Source of the DNA: Octopus sinensis
Taxonomy: Eukaryota
Assembly (NCBI RefSeq): GCF_006345805.1
Contig: NC_043005.1
Location: 72,292,001-72,356,000, forward strand
Length of the DNA stretch: 64,000 nt
Direction: 5' to 3'
Below the pieces are notes generated by a model that saw only the letters and a program-made list of their open reading frames with translations, was not told the DNA's origin and did no database searches. Below are positions 13,665-27,105 of the stretch, in pieces (position 1 is the first letter of the stretch; each line of letters opens with the position of its first letter). The translations under genes and the position numbers were made by a program.

Positions 13665-14309
13665 TTAAGCAGGAATTGAAACAGCATTTTGAACTGCTCT
13701 TGCTAAGATCTTATCTCATGCTCTTACATGGCTTGCTTTCCTTCCATGTAGCAATATAAGTTCCTGCATTAATACTTTCAATTTCACCCCACATGAGGTT
13801 ACCACCTCTTGTCTGACATTACATCACTGTTCATTTTGAAGTGTTCTTATTCAAGTTAAAACCTAACATAATTTTATGTATGAACCTACTTTTTCATTTT
13901 TATTAAGTCACGTTTCAAATAACAGCTTAATAATGAAACAAATAAATTATTTTATTAAATCCCTCCAAGATTTCGTTGTTGTTACTTTCAAAATTAATTG
14001 AAATAAATGAGCATAAAATACTTCATGAGAAATATTGTCAAGAGAGAGTTAAGCATGATGCTAGTTTTCTAGTATAGAGACGTTGTCAATTGAATAGTTG
14101 CCTTGATCACTGCAGAATGTTATTGAAATGTATAACAAAGCACAGGTTACATCCTAGAGGAATTTGAACAGAGAACTTAAAAAAAGAAACCAAGTCAAAT
14201 AAACAAAGACCAGCATCCGATCGTTAGTAGCAACTCATCAACAGCGTCTTATAGATAAAAATCATTGTCACTGTTTGTACATTCCCTCACTTACTCACCC
14301 TACAAAACA

Positions 14310-14333
14310 GTAATAGCAATAATAGTAATAATG

Positions 14334-14366
<33 letters not shown>

Positions 14367-14494
14367 GTAATCATAATAATAATAATAATGATAATAATAA
14401 TAATAATAATAATGATAATAATAATAATAAACATAATAATAATAATAATAATAAAAATGATAATAATAATAATAATAATGATAATAATAATAAC

Positions 14495-14534
<40 letters not shown>

Positions 14535-14545
14535 GATTATTTTTA
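14310..14545. repeat. (AAT)n microsatellite
   Basis: Direct trinucleotide run. Confidence 0.95.
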
Positions 14546-15179
14546 TTAGAACAATAAATCTAATGAAATGTCTAAAACATACAAGAACAAAGTGAAATAA
14601 GTGTAAGGCACACAAAAGCACTCACGATGACATATGCTCTCTCTCTCTTTCTCTTTCTCTCTCCTTTTCTGTCTCTCTCTCTCTCACCCATCCACATACA
14701 CACACATACAAACACACAGCGGATAGAGTCAATTCTAACGGTTGTTATCAAAATAAAGCATCACATGCATTATTAACATTCATGATAAACTCCCATCACT
14801 CGTCTACCAGGAAAACAAATTAGAAAATTTCTCATCATGAATAGCATTAAGAAAAGTTTCAGTATGAATAACAATAGGGGGAAACTGCAACAGCAACAGA
14901 AGGGTCCATAATTTATTCCTTTTCATGCATAAATTCATAAAGTCACATTGATATTTCTTATCTGTTCTAATTATTATTATTATTGTTGTTGTTGTTGTTG
15001 TTTGCTTTGGGGGGGTATTTTTGTTGTTGTTGATGTTGATGTTGTTGTTATTGTTGTTGTTGCAGGAAGTAAGTTTAGTTTTAATAAATGTTGTGAAATG
15101 AAGATGTTAATTATGGAATTTGCCAAACAATATAATGTATTTAAGGATTTGTTTTTGATCAGAAGCACTCGCTCACACG

Positions 15180-15215
15180 TGTGTGTATGTGTGTATATAC
15201 ATATGTATATGTGTG

Positions 15216-15272
<57 letters not shown>

Positions 15273-15685
15273 CTATGTATCTATATGTATTTATATGTAT
15301 GCATCTATATATATACATATATCTGTGTGTATATATGTAAATATATATGTATGTATCTATATATATATGTATGTGTGTGTATGTATATATATATATATAT
15401 GTATATATATGTATGTATCTATATATATGTGTGTGTGTATGTATGTATGTATGTATGTATCTATATATATATGTATGTGTGTGTATGTATGTATATACAT
15501 GTATATATATATGTGTGTGTGTGTATGTATCTATATATATATATGTGTGTGTGTGTGTGTATATATATATGTGTGTGTGTGTATGTATCTATATATATGT
15601 ATGTATCTATATATGTGTGTGTATGTATATATATATATACCAGCATACTTACTTGCATACACATACATGCACACATATACATACA
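15180..15685. repeat. Compound (TA)n/(TG)n/(TATG)n microsatellite
   Basis: Direct low-complexity runs. Confidence 0.95.
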
Positions 15686-15914
15686 CTGTGGTATTTTATT
15701 ATTCTATTTGTCTAATTTGACCTGAAGATGAATTCCATTGTTTCCTTCAACAATGCACATGACTCCCTCAGTGCCAATATCTAAATAGGTATCAGATCCA
15801 TCGATTTTTCTCTCTGCTTTGAATCATTCAAGTGGAAATGTTAAGTACATCCCAGTTTTTTGGTTCTTCTTTTATTCTTATATATTTTCAAAAGACAAAC
15901 TGAAATTATACATA

Positions 15915-16000
<86 letters not shown>

Positions 16001-16310
16001 GACTTCATTTTGATTGGGGTTATCTTATTTCTGCTTTCATATTTTAAGTTGATGTAGATAAAGACTTATGTCTACTATTAATTGAAGTAATAGTTTGGGT
16101 TAATTGAGGTCTTTTAGCACACCCTGTTATATATATGTGAGAGTCTATCACATACGAGTATTTAATTTAGGAATATTTACCTAAGGTGTGTTTCTTCAGT
16201 CATGTGTTGTTAATATCAGTAATCAGTATCACAACATTCTCTCTACTTCCATATGTATACACACACACACATATACATATGTATATACACATATATACAC
16301 ACTTATACAT

Positions 16311-16341
<31 letters not shown>

Positions 16342-17171
16342 CAATATTATTTCTATGTTTAACCTGTGGAGATGAATATGGTTCATTGAAGAGATCTAAT
16401 AAGATTGAAACATGTTCATTGCTTTCACCAGTTGGTTTTTAAGACCAGGTTCCCTCTCATACTGTATTTTCTATATTTCATTTAATTGCTCTTATTGGTG
16501 TTTACTCACATGTTTGTCAGTTCTAAGTTGCTTCTTTTTTGTTATTTATCAACTAATTATCTAGATAATCTCAGTGAGCTGAAATATTTTGCCATGTTAC
16601 ATTACATGTGGTATACAGAATAGCATCAGAGGTGTTTGCCTTCAGCCATATTGTTAACTTTCATACATAGTGTGACTACACACACATACACTCTCTCGCT
16701 CTCTCTCCCTAGTATATATATATATATATATAGTTTGTTCTTTTGAAAAACGTTTTATACACAATTGCTTCAAAGTGCTCAAATCAAACTCAAGTGCTCA
16801 GGTTGAACTCTTAAATCAAATTTATCCTAATTATTTCTCTGACTTTTAAATCCATCATTAAGATCTCTCACTGCTATCAATGTATCTTATAACTATTAAT
16901 TCTTAATTCAACAATTTTCATCTTAAATTTAATATGATTTTTAATCAATGTATCTCTCTTTATTTATCTATCTTTTACACATATTTTTACCTTATGTATT
17001 TCTTATTTCTATCCTAAACAATATATATTGATATGTTCCTTGTCTTGGTTTATTTAATATGTTATATGTATTTATTATGTTGATGTTAATCATAACTAGA
17101 GGATGATTATCTAAATTTTGTCTCTTCTTAAGCCAAGTTATATATATATATATATATATATAGATATACAT

Positions 17172-17375
17172 AACATCACCACCATCATTTAACGTCTGTT
17201 GTCCATACTGGCTTGGGCTGAGTTTGACCAGGGCAGATAAACTGAGGGGCTGCACCAGACTCTGGTCTGATTTGGCATGGTTTCTATGGCTAAATGCCTT
17301 TCCTAACGCCAACCACTCCAAGAGTCTAATGGGTGCTTTTACGTGCCACTGGCACACGTGTCAGTTTGCATGACA
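17172..17375 (-). mobile_element. RTE-associated SINE/LINE 3' end with (ATG)n tail (family E)
   Basis: CATCATTTAACGTC..CCAT.CT.GC.TGGG...GCCTTTCCTAACGCCAACCACTCC motif. Further copies at 26835, 52338 and 63863, and inverted at ~60700-60855. Confidence 0.7.
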
Positions 17376-20300
17376 CAAACTGATCACCCGGTCCACTGGA
17401 GGAAATTTTAGAAAGTAGAACAAAACCACTTTCAGGTTGCAAGAATTTGGGAATGGTATCCTTTCAAAATACTTTGAGTGCTGAGCTATTGCTCTTTCTC
17501 TTTTTTTTAAAGAAAGGCTTTGCAGATAGTTGCAGGCACATCTATGGTGCTCTGGATCTCCAGAAAGTCATGGAAATTTTCTATGAGATGGGATTTCACA
17601 GGCTCATTTGATCACTTCTCTGTTTAGCAAATTGCTGTAACGATGGTTACCTGAGGAGATACAATAAATTCAAAACACTTTATGATTTCATCAGTTGGTT
17701 TTAATGATAAGATCCATTCCCATTTACATCAACTGTATTTTCTTTGTTATTTCCTTTCTTGTTTTCTTATTGTAAGCTCTGTTAGAGAGAATTTATTCTA
17801 CTAACTGCATTGATGAACTTGGCTAATTGAAGCATTTCAACTCACTATATCACACATGTAGGACTCTACCATATTTGTATTTAGTGTGCAGAATATTGCA
17901 CTTCGGTAAGGTGTCTCACAACGGTAGATTATGCTTTAAATTCAAGTAACTAAGACTGGAATGAACACATTTATTGAGAAAAGTGTATAATACATAACCT
18001 AGGTACTAGCAATGTTCACGATTTCACTATCACAACTATTAGGTGGCTACCATATCCAAGAGAACATTCTCAAGCTTTCCTTACCATTACCGAATAAATG
18101 TGTCCCATCTTTGTGGCATATGCATCATCATCCCCCTCACCACCATCACCACCACCACCACTACTACCATCATCATCAGCATTGTTTGGATGGTTTGACA
18201 GAAACTGACAAGCCAGAGGGCTGAGCTGAGCTCCAATGACTACTTATTTTCTATGACCGGATGGCCTTTCTCACACTAACATAGATACACACACTCATCA
18301 ATTGATTCTAAGGCAACTGAACTGAATAGAAACATGCTTATTATTATGCCTAGTTACAATTTTTAAAAGGGCATTTATTTGCATCAACTTTTTTTACCAA
18401 ATAGTTTAGTTATCCAATATCCATGTAGTTTTCTGATTTGCTTGTCACATTTAGATTTCTAAGTACCTCTTTAGGAGAGTTTTTGTGTAGTAATTGCATT
18501 GATAATCTCATTTAATTGAAGTTTTTTCAACAATATATTATAACCTACTTGAAACTCTACCACAGGAGCTTCGTTTTTGTATTTGATTCGTGAAATTCTT
18601 GATGCGAACTTGCATGTTAAAACATATTACATTGTATCTTGGGAGGCTCATTATACCAATAACAAATACATGCAATCAATGGTTAATTGTCTGAAGCAGA
18701 TTTGCAGTAGAGAGAGCATGTCATTGAGAAGGCTGCTGCAAATAGAAACAAAAGGACTTTGACAAATGTTGCTGATTGATTGATTGAATGATTAGTCAAA
18801 CATTTGATTAGTTAATTGGTGAATGGTTAATTAAAAAAGTTAATACTAAAATAAAATGTGAAATAGAACCAATGCATGTGTTTATTATTTGCATAAGGAT
18901 TCTCCTGGGGTACAACAGAATGCTATAAGTATATCAATTGAAAAATTCATATCTCTTTAAAATAAAAAGGAGGTACAGCTCTGATACAAATGATTTCTTT
19001 CCTGTCTATAGCGTACAAACAAGCAAAGTGTTTTAAGTATGCTCTCTTTGATACAATTTTCCTGATGGACACTGATATAGCAAATGAAAAATTCCAAGGA
19101 GAAGTTTTAAGGAATTTTTAGGAGACCTTATTAAACAGGAATCTGATTTCAACCATTCTTGTTACAACCATTATTGCATCATTTCTGGGTGTTTACACAA
19201 CTATTGCATTGATGCATAATTATTGCAGCTTTTTTTCAACAAAAACAATAATAATATTTAATAAAAGCATCTTTAAATGACAGTCTGACCGTCTGCCATG
19301 CAAATGGGTGAATATGCTCCGGAATAATCATTTCATGATGTTTTTGTTACATGTTGTTATTGTTTTTGTTGAATAAAATTTGTTGAAAAAAATTTGCATT
19401 GATTATGCACCAACCCAGTACATTATCCAGTGTAATCAGTAGGGTGTGATATGAGGGAGATTTGATTCCTATTTCTTGTATGTTGAGTATCCACACAGAG
19501 GCTCCAAACATTGTTATCATGTACTGAGTGTCTTTAGATTATGTCACCATGATGGAACTAAGTTTCCAAATATCAGGATACTGATGTTTATAAACAGAAA
19601 TTACAGTTATGCAAATTTACTGAAGTGGAAAGATTCTTTTATACTTTCCTTCTGCTCAGACATTTTGTTATATACTTAAAATCTATTGAGTTTATCCAAA
19701 TCTTTTATTCTAAAAAAATAATTCCGTTAGAAATGTTTGTATTCTCTTTAGGAAATACAACATGGCAATCTCTGTGTCCAGACATATTTTCCAATTCTCT
19801 TCTGTGTATTAAATAAAATGGTTTTATGACCTTCAGCTTATCAAAAAGCTTTCTGTATGTACCAAATGTTATTTTGTACTTCGGGCTAAAAATGTCCGAT
19901 ATGATAAATTAATATACACACTTGAAACTGCCTTAAATTAAAGTACTGGTGTATCATGATGATGATGATCATCATCATTGTTTAACATCTGTTTCCCATG
20001 CTAGCATCGGTTGGATGGTTTGACAGGAGCTGGCCCTCTGGGAAGCTGTCCAAGCGCCAATTGTCTGTTCTGGCATGGTTTCTATGGCTGGATGCCCTTA
20101 TTTCTGGTTGAATCATTGAATAGGCACCAGTATTCTTATTCGTTTAGTTTTTTATTTGTTTCAGTCATTTGACTGTGGCCATGCTGGAGCACCACCTTTA
20201 GTCGAACAAACCGACCCCAGGATTTATGCTCTGTAAGCCTAGTACTTAATCTATCTGTCTCTTTTGCCAAACCACTTTACAAAGTGTGCTGGGTGCCTTT

Positions 20301-20408
20301 TATGTGGCACCAGCACAGGTGCATTTATGCAGTACTGGCATGAGTACATTTTATGTGGCGCCGGCAACTGTAAAGGACAAGCCTGTATTCACGAATAACA
20401 GTGATTTT

Positions 20409-20642
20409 ATTTGGCTTGATGTGTCTTCTCAAGTACAGCAAACTACCACAATTCCCAGGCTCTTGTCATTTCCTCAGTGAAGTCCGATGTCTGAAGATCT
20501 CACTTCACTACTTCATGCCACATCTTCCTGGGTTGACCTCTTCTACAGGTTCACTCCCTATTTAGAGCTTGGCACTTCTTTACACAGCTGTCCTCATCCA
20601 TACACATCATGTGACCAAACCAGTGCAGTCTTCTCTCTTGCG
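20409..20642 (-). mobile_element. RTE-clade LINE 3' remnant (ORF C-terminus)
   Basis: Minus strand reads QERRLHWFGHMMCMDEDSCVKKC, then after a frameshift RRGQPRKMWHEVVK*DL. These match the RTE RRLRWFGHVxRM and RGRPRKTW motifs. Confidence 0.85.
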
Positions 20643-21699
20643 CTGGCAAAATATTACATCAAGTACCATTTTACATCTATATATGTATAATACACATCAT
20701 GTGACCAAACCAGCGCAAGAGAGAAGACTGCACTGGTTTGGTCACATGATGTTTATTATACATATATAGATGTGAAATGGTACTAGGTGTAATATTTTGT
20801 CATTTTGTCACAGAGAAACTTCTCAAAGAGTTCTGTGTATCAAAAACTTGAAATTTCATATCTTATTACTGGTACAGTACAGTCTTCATGTCTCCAGATA
20901 CGTCCTTGTATGGTTCAATTCAAACTCTCACCTTCCTGGCATCGCTGGGACTGGAAAGTTGTCAGATAACTGAATTTTCTGGATATCAGATTTTCGTTGT
21001 TAAAATTACCATAGCACCTTGCTAAACTCATTACAACTCTTTACGTACATCATCAGTATTATCATAAATATTCTGAACATAGTAAAAATGGAGGAAAATA
21101 GGAAGACATAAAACATAATTTAAGTAAAGAACAAGCTTTGTAGCCTAATAAAATACAGATACTGTTAATGCCATAAAATGATATACCATACTATTCTTTG
21201 AGAAGTAACAGTCTGTTTTAGATACCATAGAAACTTACTTTTAATGACAATTATTAGCACAAATTAGCACAAATTCTCTTGGCTCTAACAACACGTTGGT
21301 TGTACAAGAATGAGTTTGATGTAGCTGTAAAAAGGTGTTAGGAATAGCCTCCTTTAGGTATGAGCATACTGAGCAGTTGTCCATGGTGCTTACAGTAGTA
21401 TGGTCCTGTTGTTAGACCATGTATGTTGTGTTTTATTTTTGTCAGTAAATAAATATAGGAGCCACAGCACATTGCTTTGACATGGGATCTGTTATATTGT
21501 TCAGAAGCTCTGGTCGTGGTACATTGCTGTGAAGCTGGAGGAATCAGATGACCTGATGATGGTTATAGCTTATCACTATAAACGGTAGGATATTAAATGG
21601 ATAACAAGTCTTTTACTAGCATGTACTAATATTGAGTTAAAATGATGCAGAGAAAATATCAATAGAAAACTACTCGAGAGTATTCTCAATAACAGATCT

Positions 21700-22130
21700 T
21701 GGAATTTGCTAGATCACTAGAGAATTGTCTTACAATAATTTCAATGGAATATGGTAGCAGAACAGAGCACAGATGTCGTATTGAACCACCATACCCTTTA
21801 GAATTGGAATTTTTGAAAAGTAAAAATTTTGCATTATGTAGTTTGTTATTCTCTTTAAGTGAACATTTTTTCTGGTTGAAATACACCAAAAAATGGCGAC
21901 ACAACAGTAAAAAAATCGTAAAAAATAGAGATTTTCATAGAAAAATAGCACCTTTCTGATGCAAATAATTTTCGGTGTTAACATGGTCCGATTTGAATTT
22001 TTTCTTCTATGGAAGAAAGAGCAAGCCTTCTTCTATCATACTCTCAATTTTGGTCAAGAGGAGATAGTGTTAGTTGAAGGCTACCAAACCTGCCACACAC
22101 AGACAACTTCAGCTTTATATATAGAGAGAT
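21700..22130 (-). mobile_element. Probable non-autonomous Helitron-like element (5' portion)
   Basis: Minus strand starts A|TCTCTCTATATATAAAGCTGAAGTTGTCTGTGTG, a 5'-TC, microsatellite-bearing Helitron-like terminus. The 3' boundary is uncertain. Confidence 0.45.
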
Positions 22131-22751
22131 TATAAACTTTACTTTTCAGTCTTATGCTTCTTGAAATCTAACACTAAATCTATTTTACTGTTACTTAAAT
22201 TCTGCACTTTTAAACATATTTATTTCTGTATTCCTTTATCAGCTTCAAACATTGGATTTCAGCTCTGCTAATGCACCACCTTCCAGGGATTATAAATGAT
22301 TACATTGATCCCAGTAATAAGTTGAGGTTAAAGTTCTAGACCAATTACTGAAATCTAATTACTGCTTAGTAAAGATCAGTTCTAGAACTAGCAAAGAAAT
22401 GATTTTTAACTTTAACAGATGGCTAAAATAAACGTTTTTGGAACATAAGGGAGACCTGCTTTGACATAACTTAAGACTTACAAACCACAAGTTATTTTTG
22501 CTTAAGTCATTAATTTTACATCAATGTACATTGTACACACTACAAACTTTCATATACACACAAGCATTCAGATATTCTGAGGTTCTGTACAGTTCTAGAT
22601 TAGTTCTAGAACTGATCTTTAGCAACTGATTAGCAAACTTAATTTTTTGTTTGGTATAAAGGAACAGATCAAGGCATAACATAATATTTAGAAACCAGCC
22701 ATTAATTTTGGTTGAATCATTGAATTGGCACCAGGATTTTTATTTGTTTAG

Positions 22752-23130
22752 TCTTTTATTTGTTTCAGTCATTTGACTGCGGCCATGCTGGAGCACCACC
22801 TTTAGTTGAAAAAAATCAACCCCAGGATTTATGCTCCGTAAGCCTAGTACTTATTATATTGGTCTCTTTTGCTGAGCCACTAAGTTACAAGGACATAAAC
22901 ACACCAACATCGGTTGTCAAGTGATGGTGGGGGGGGAACAAGCACACACACACACACACATATATACACACATGACAAGCTTCTTTCAGTTTCCGTCTAC
23001 CAAATCCAATCACAAAGCTTTGGTTGGCCCCAGGCTTTAGTAGAAGACACTTGCCCAAGGTGTCACACAGTGGGACTAAACCCGGAACCATATGGTTGGG
23101 AAGCAAACTTCTTACGACACAGCCATGCCA
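22752..23130 (-). mobile_element. SINE family A
   Basis: Reverse complement of 870-1265. Confidence 0.85.
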
Positions 23131-23619
23131 TATATAAGCACATATATTTATAAATGTGCACACACATATATTCCAGGCTTCTGCACAGTTTCCACTTACC
23201 AAATATCACTCACAAAGCACTGGCCGATCTAAGACTATAATAGAAGATACTTGCTTAAGGGGGCAATGCAGTGGAATCAGACCCAGAAACATCTCATTGT
23301 GAGCAGTATTAGTTACATGCTTATGCTTCTATTAAGTTGCTTTCAACAATTTCTATATCTTTCCACACCCCCACCCCATCTTATTAGATATGGAGATAGA
23401 AGAAGCCATAATGTTTGATAAAACACTTGTTATTTTGTCTTTGTGATGACTCTTATTGTTGTTTTTATTCATTTATTTTTTCTTTGGCTCTCCATCTATC
23501 TCTCCGAGTTATAGTTTTACAATGCAGTAACACTTATCTCATATTTCAGCATTCAACGAGATAAGATATGATAGCACATGCTTCTCCAATTTAAGACAGA
23601 ACAAGTCACATAAATATGT

Positions 23620-23793
23620 GTGCGTGTGCATGCACATGCATGCATGAGTGTATGCATGTATGTATGTGTGTATGCATGTAGGTATACATACATACATATA
23701 TATATATACTGAGAGAGAGATTTATGCATATATATATATATATATATATACATATATATTTACATATATATATATACATATATATACATATAT

Positions 23794-23838
<45 letters not shown>

Positions 23839-23883
23839 TATATATATACACATATATATATATATATACACATATATATATAC

Positions 23884-23940
<57 letters not shown>

Positions 23941-24010
23941 ATAGAGAGACACACACTCACATGCTTATATGTAATATGTGTGTATAAATGTGTGTGTGTG
24001 TGTGTGTGTA
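23620..24010. repeat. (TA)n/(CA)n compound microsatellite
   Basis: Direct runs. Confidence 0.95.
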
Positions 24011-24809
24011 CAGATGAATACATATAGAAGCTGGCTTGCTTGTATAAAAGAAGTTTGTTATGTTTACTTACATTTCTTTCACTTGGGTTTGTGTTTGTCT
24101 TTATAAGTATAAGAGAAGACATCGCCAGTGAAGAATTAGAAACAAAGACAAAAAAAAAACAGAAAAAAATCTGAAAACAAAAAATGGAAAGGAATGAAAA
24201 TTACTGAGATAATCTACAATTGAATAAATAAAGCCATTCGCGTACTTACTTATCTCACTTAAACTTGTTTAATCTGGAACACACACAATGAAACAATGAA
24301 TCACAAACAGTTGGGCTATATTGTTTTCACCCTCTCTTTCTCTCTTTCTCTATCTATCTATCTATCTACACACACACACACACACACTCACGCAACACAC
24401 ACACATACACACTCATACACATTGTTAAAAAGTTAGAGGAATATGAATAAGGAATCTTACTCAAGGATTGAAAACTTTCTCTGAAGTCCACTATATTCAG
24501 CTATGAATTTATATTTGTTTAGTCAGTGAGAGAACATCAACATGGTCATTGGATCTGCTAGAAATAGCTGCCAAACCATTGCTGTTTTCAAAGCTATGAA
24601 GGATAGGTCAAAGAATGTAGTACTGGGTATACTAAAATTGGCATAATCATTCTTAGAACATGTTTGATCAGAATAGAAATGGGACTAAGCAACATCACCA
24701 TCAATGACTTTTATTTGAGTACAAATAAAAGTTGAAGGTTTCTTCCATTAATCTCTGAGAACTGAGAATTGCTAAAGCTTTATTTTGAACTGGCTTACCT
24801 ACTTTGGAC

Positions 24810-25450
24810 CAGTGTTTTCCAACCTATTTTTGCCCACGCCCCACTATAACTTTCCAGAAAAATTTATGTCCTTTATGTATATATAAAGGCGGCAAGCTGG
24901 CAGAAACATTAGCATGCCGGGCGAAAATGCTTAACGGTATTTCGTCTGCCACTACGTTTTGAGTTCAAATTCAGCCGAGGTCGACTTTGTCTTTCATCCT
25001 TTAGGGGTCAATTAAATAAGTACCAGTTACACACTGGGGTTGACATAATCAACTTAATCCATTTGTCTGTCCTTGTTTATCCCTTCTGTGTCTAGCCCCT
25101 TGTGGGAAATAAAGAAATAAGAAAAATATATGTCCCATTAGTGGTTGGGAAAAAAATAACTTCATCTTTAATATTTCATAATTATATACTTTCTTTAAAG
25201 AAATATCTACACTAGAACGTTAAAATAGCACTATACTGTAGCAAACAGTCATAACACAGTATGCTTGGCTGGGGGGGGGGATTGGTTTGGCTAGGCTGAG
25301 TATGGGTATTGTATGTTTGCTGTGAAATAAAGATTTTTCACAATTCCATGTCCCACTAAAAAAAAACAAAAGAAATTTATATCTCAAGCCCCACCACAAT
25401 TTTCCCAGTCATCACTAGTGGGAGCATATGCCCCATGTTGAGAATCACAG
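24810..25450 (+). mobile_element. Non-autonomous hAT element with nested SINE B (~24885-25120)
   Basis: TIRs CAGTGTTTTCCAAC / GTTGAGAATCACAG and a perfect 8-bp TSD CTTTGGAC at 24802-24809 and 25451-25458. Confidence 0.9.
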
Positions 25451-25995
25451 CTTTGGACACTTCATCTTGAATGATGTTGCATTAATTCTTTAGCAGTTGG
25501 CATTATTTATCCAGCTGTGATCTTCTATCTTTTGCTCAGACATACTGCATCTAGGACTATACTACTGAATGTGTCTTCCATTATTTTTCACACAATATGT
25601 ATGATATGTAGGAGATTTAGCTGCTATTTCTAACAGGACAAGCATATGCATAGAGATTTTCTTCTTAAGACATATGAATCTTTTAGTATCTAATGATAGT
25701 GCTTCTATATGCTTCTATAATTTCGCTTACTTGTTGTAGCATTGGTTCTTCACTGTTCTTGAAATCTACCTTTCACAATGTGTTTATTTGCTTTTGACTT
25801 TAATGTAAGCATAGAGGTGAAACAACTCATATCAATTCTCCAGTATTGTTCAGTATTCATCGTTTCTCTCGTCACATAATTGGTACAGATTTATCACTCA
25901 TGGAATACTTTGGTGGCCAATAAAAGATTTCGAATGTTAACGTGTGAAATTATTTGAATGCTATATTTATTCAATAACAATTTCTTGCCCTGCAG

Positions 25996-26083
25996 GTCAC
26001 AGTGGCTGTAATATTTATGGTGTTGAACACTACTTAGCAGATTATCAGGAGGTCAAATTCATATCAGAAGCTGAATATTAAAA
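25996..26083 (+). other. Candidate exon (88 nt)
   Basis: Acceptor tttcttgccctgcag| and donor AA|gtatgt. The phase-1 frame reads GHSGCNIYGVEHYLADYQEVKFISEAEY*. Confidence 0.3.
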
Positions 26084-26834
26084 GTATGTCATCGGACATT
26101 ATTAATCAAAGAGATTTTTAATCAATTTAAATTTAAATAAACTTTATATTCTTCATGTAGAGAGCACTCTTGGGAAATTTTCCAATGTTATTATTAAGAA
26201 CTTATATTTAGCCGTATAAAATCTGCTTAAATCTTCTAAAAGCACATAGATATTCTGTTCTCAGAGCTTAATCCATTATGAATGTAATTAGAATTTTTCC
26301 TTGAATTTATCTTGAACATCAGAAGATAGTTTATGAGAATAAAAGTATGTATCAAGTGAGAGAGTTGAAGATAAATTGGTCTGTCAGATAAAGAGGAGAA
26401 ACCTCATCATTGTTAATATTCAGTTTCTGTGCTTCTGTTCTCAAATGGACTGAACTTTCCCTTGCATACAATTTGTGTATAATTTAATCTGCTTTAATAC
26501 AAAGATATATAACAAGGCAGCCTCTATTGCAGTTATTCTTCAACCTGCAAGAAATAGCAGCTACGTCTTTCTCATATAACATCCTACTCTCTTAGAGAAG
26601 AAATGACACCTTGGATAGTAGCATATTCTAGATGTATTAAAGTGGAGGAAAATGGGTAAAGTCACTCGTAGTTGGATTTAGGTGACAGATCTGCTTAATC
26701 AGAGCTTACTTGGGATTAAAAAACAACAACACATGAGGTTAAGTTTTCTAGTAATTTCTAATTTATATTCTCTGTAACACTGAGTAACACTTCTTGTTAG
26801 AAGAATTTGCACTCGCTGCTATTTATCATGGATT

Positions 26835-27105
26835 ATCATCATCATCATCATCATCATCATCGTTTAACATCCGTTTTATATGCTAGCATGGGTTGGATGG
26901 TTCGACTGGGGTCTGGGAAGCCAGGAGGCTGCACTAGGCTCCAGTCTGATCTGGCAGTGTTTCTACAGCTGGATACCCTTCCTAATGCCAACCACTCCGT
27001 GAGTGTAGTGAGTGCTTGTTATGTGCCACCGGCACAGGTATCACAACTACAATTTCCATTTGATTTTTGATGTTGATGTACTTGACTCAATAGGTCCCCT
27101 CAAGC
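26835..27105 (-). mobile_element. Family E RTE-associated element
   Basis: (CAT)n tail, and body nearly identical to 52338-52740. Confidence 0.8.
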
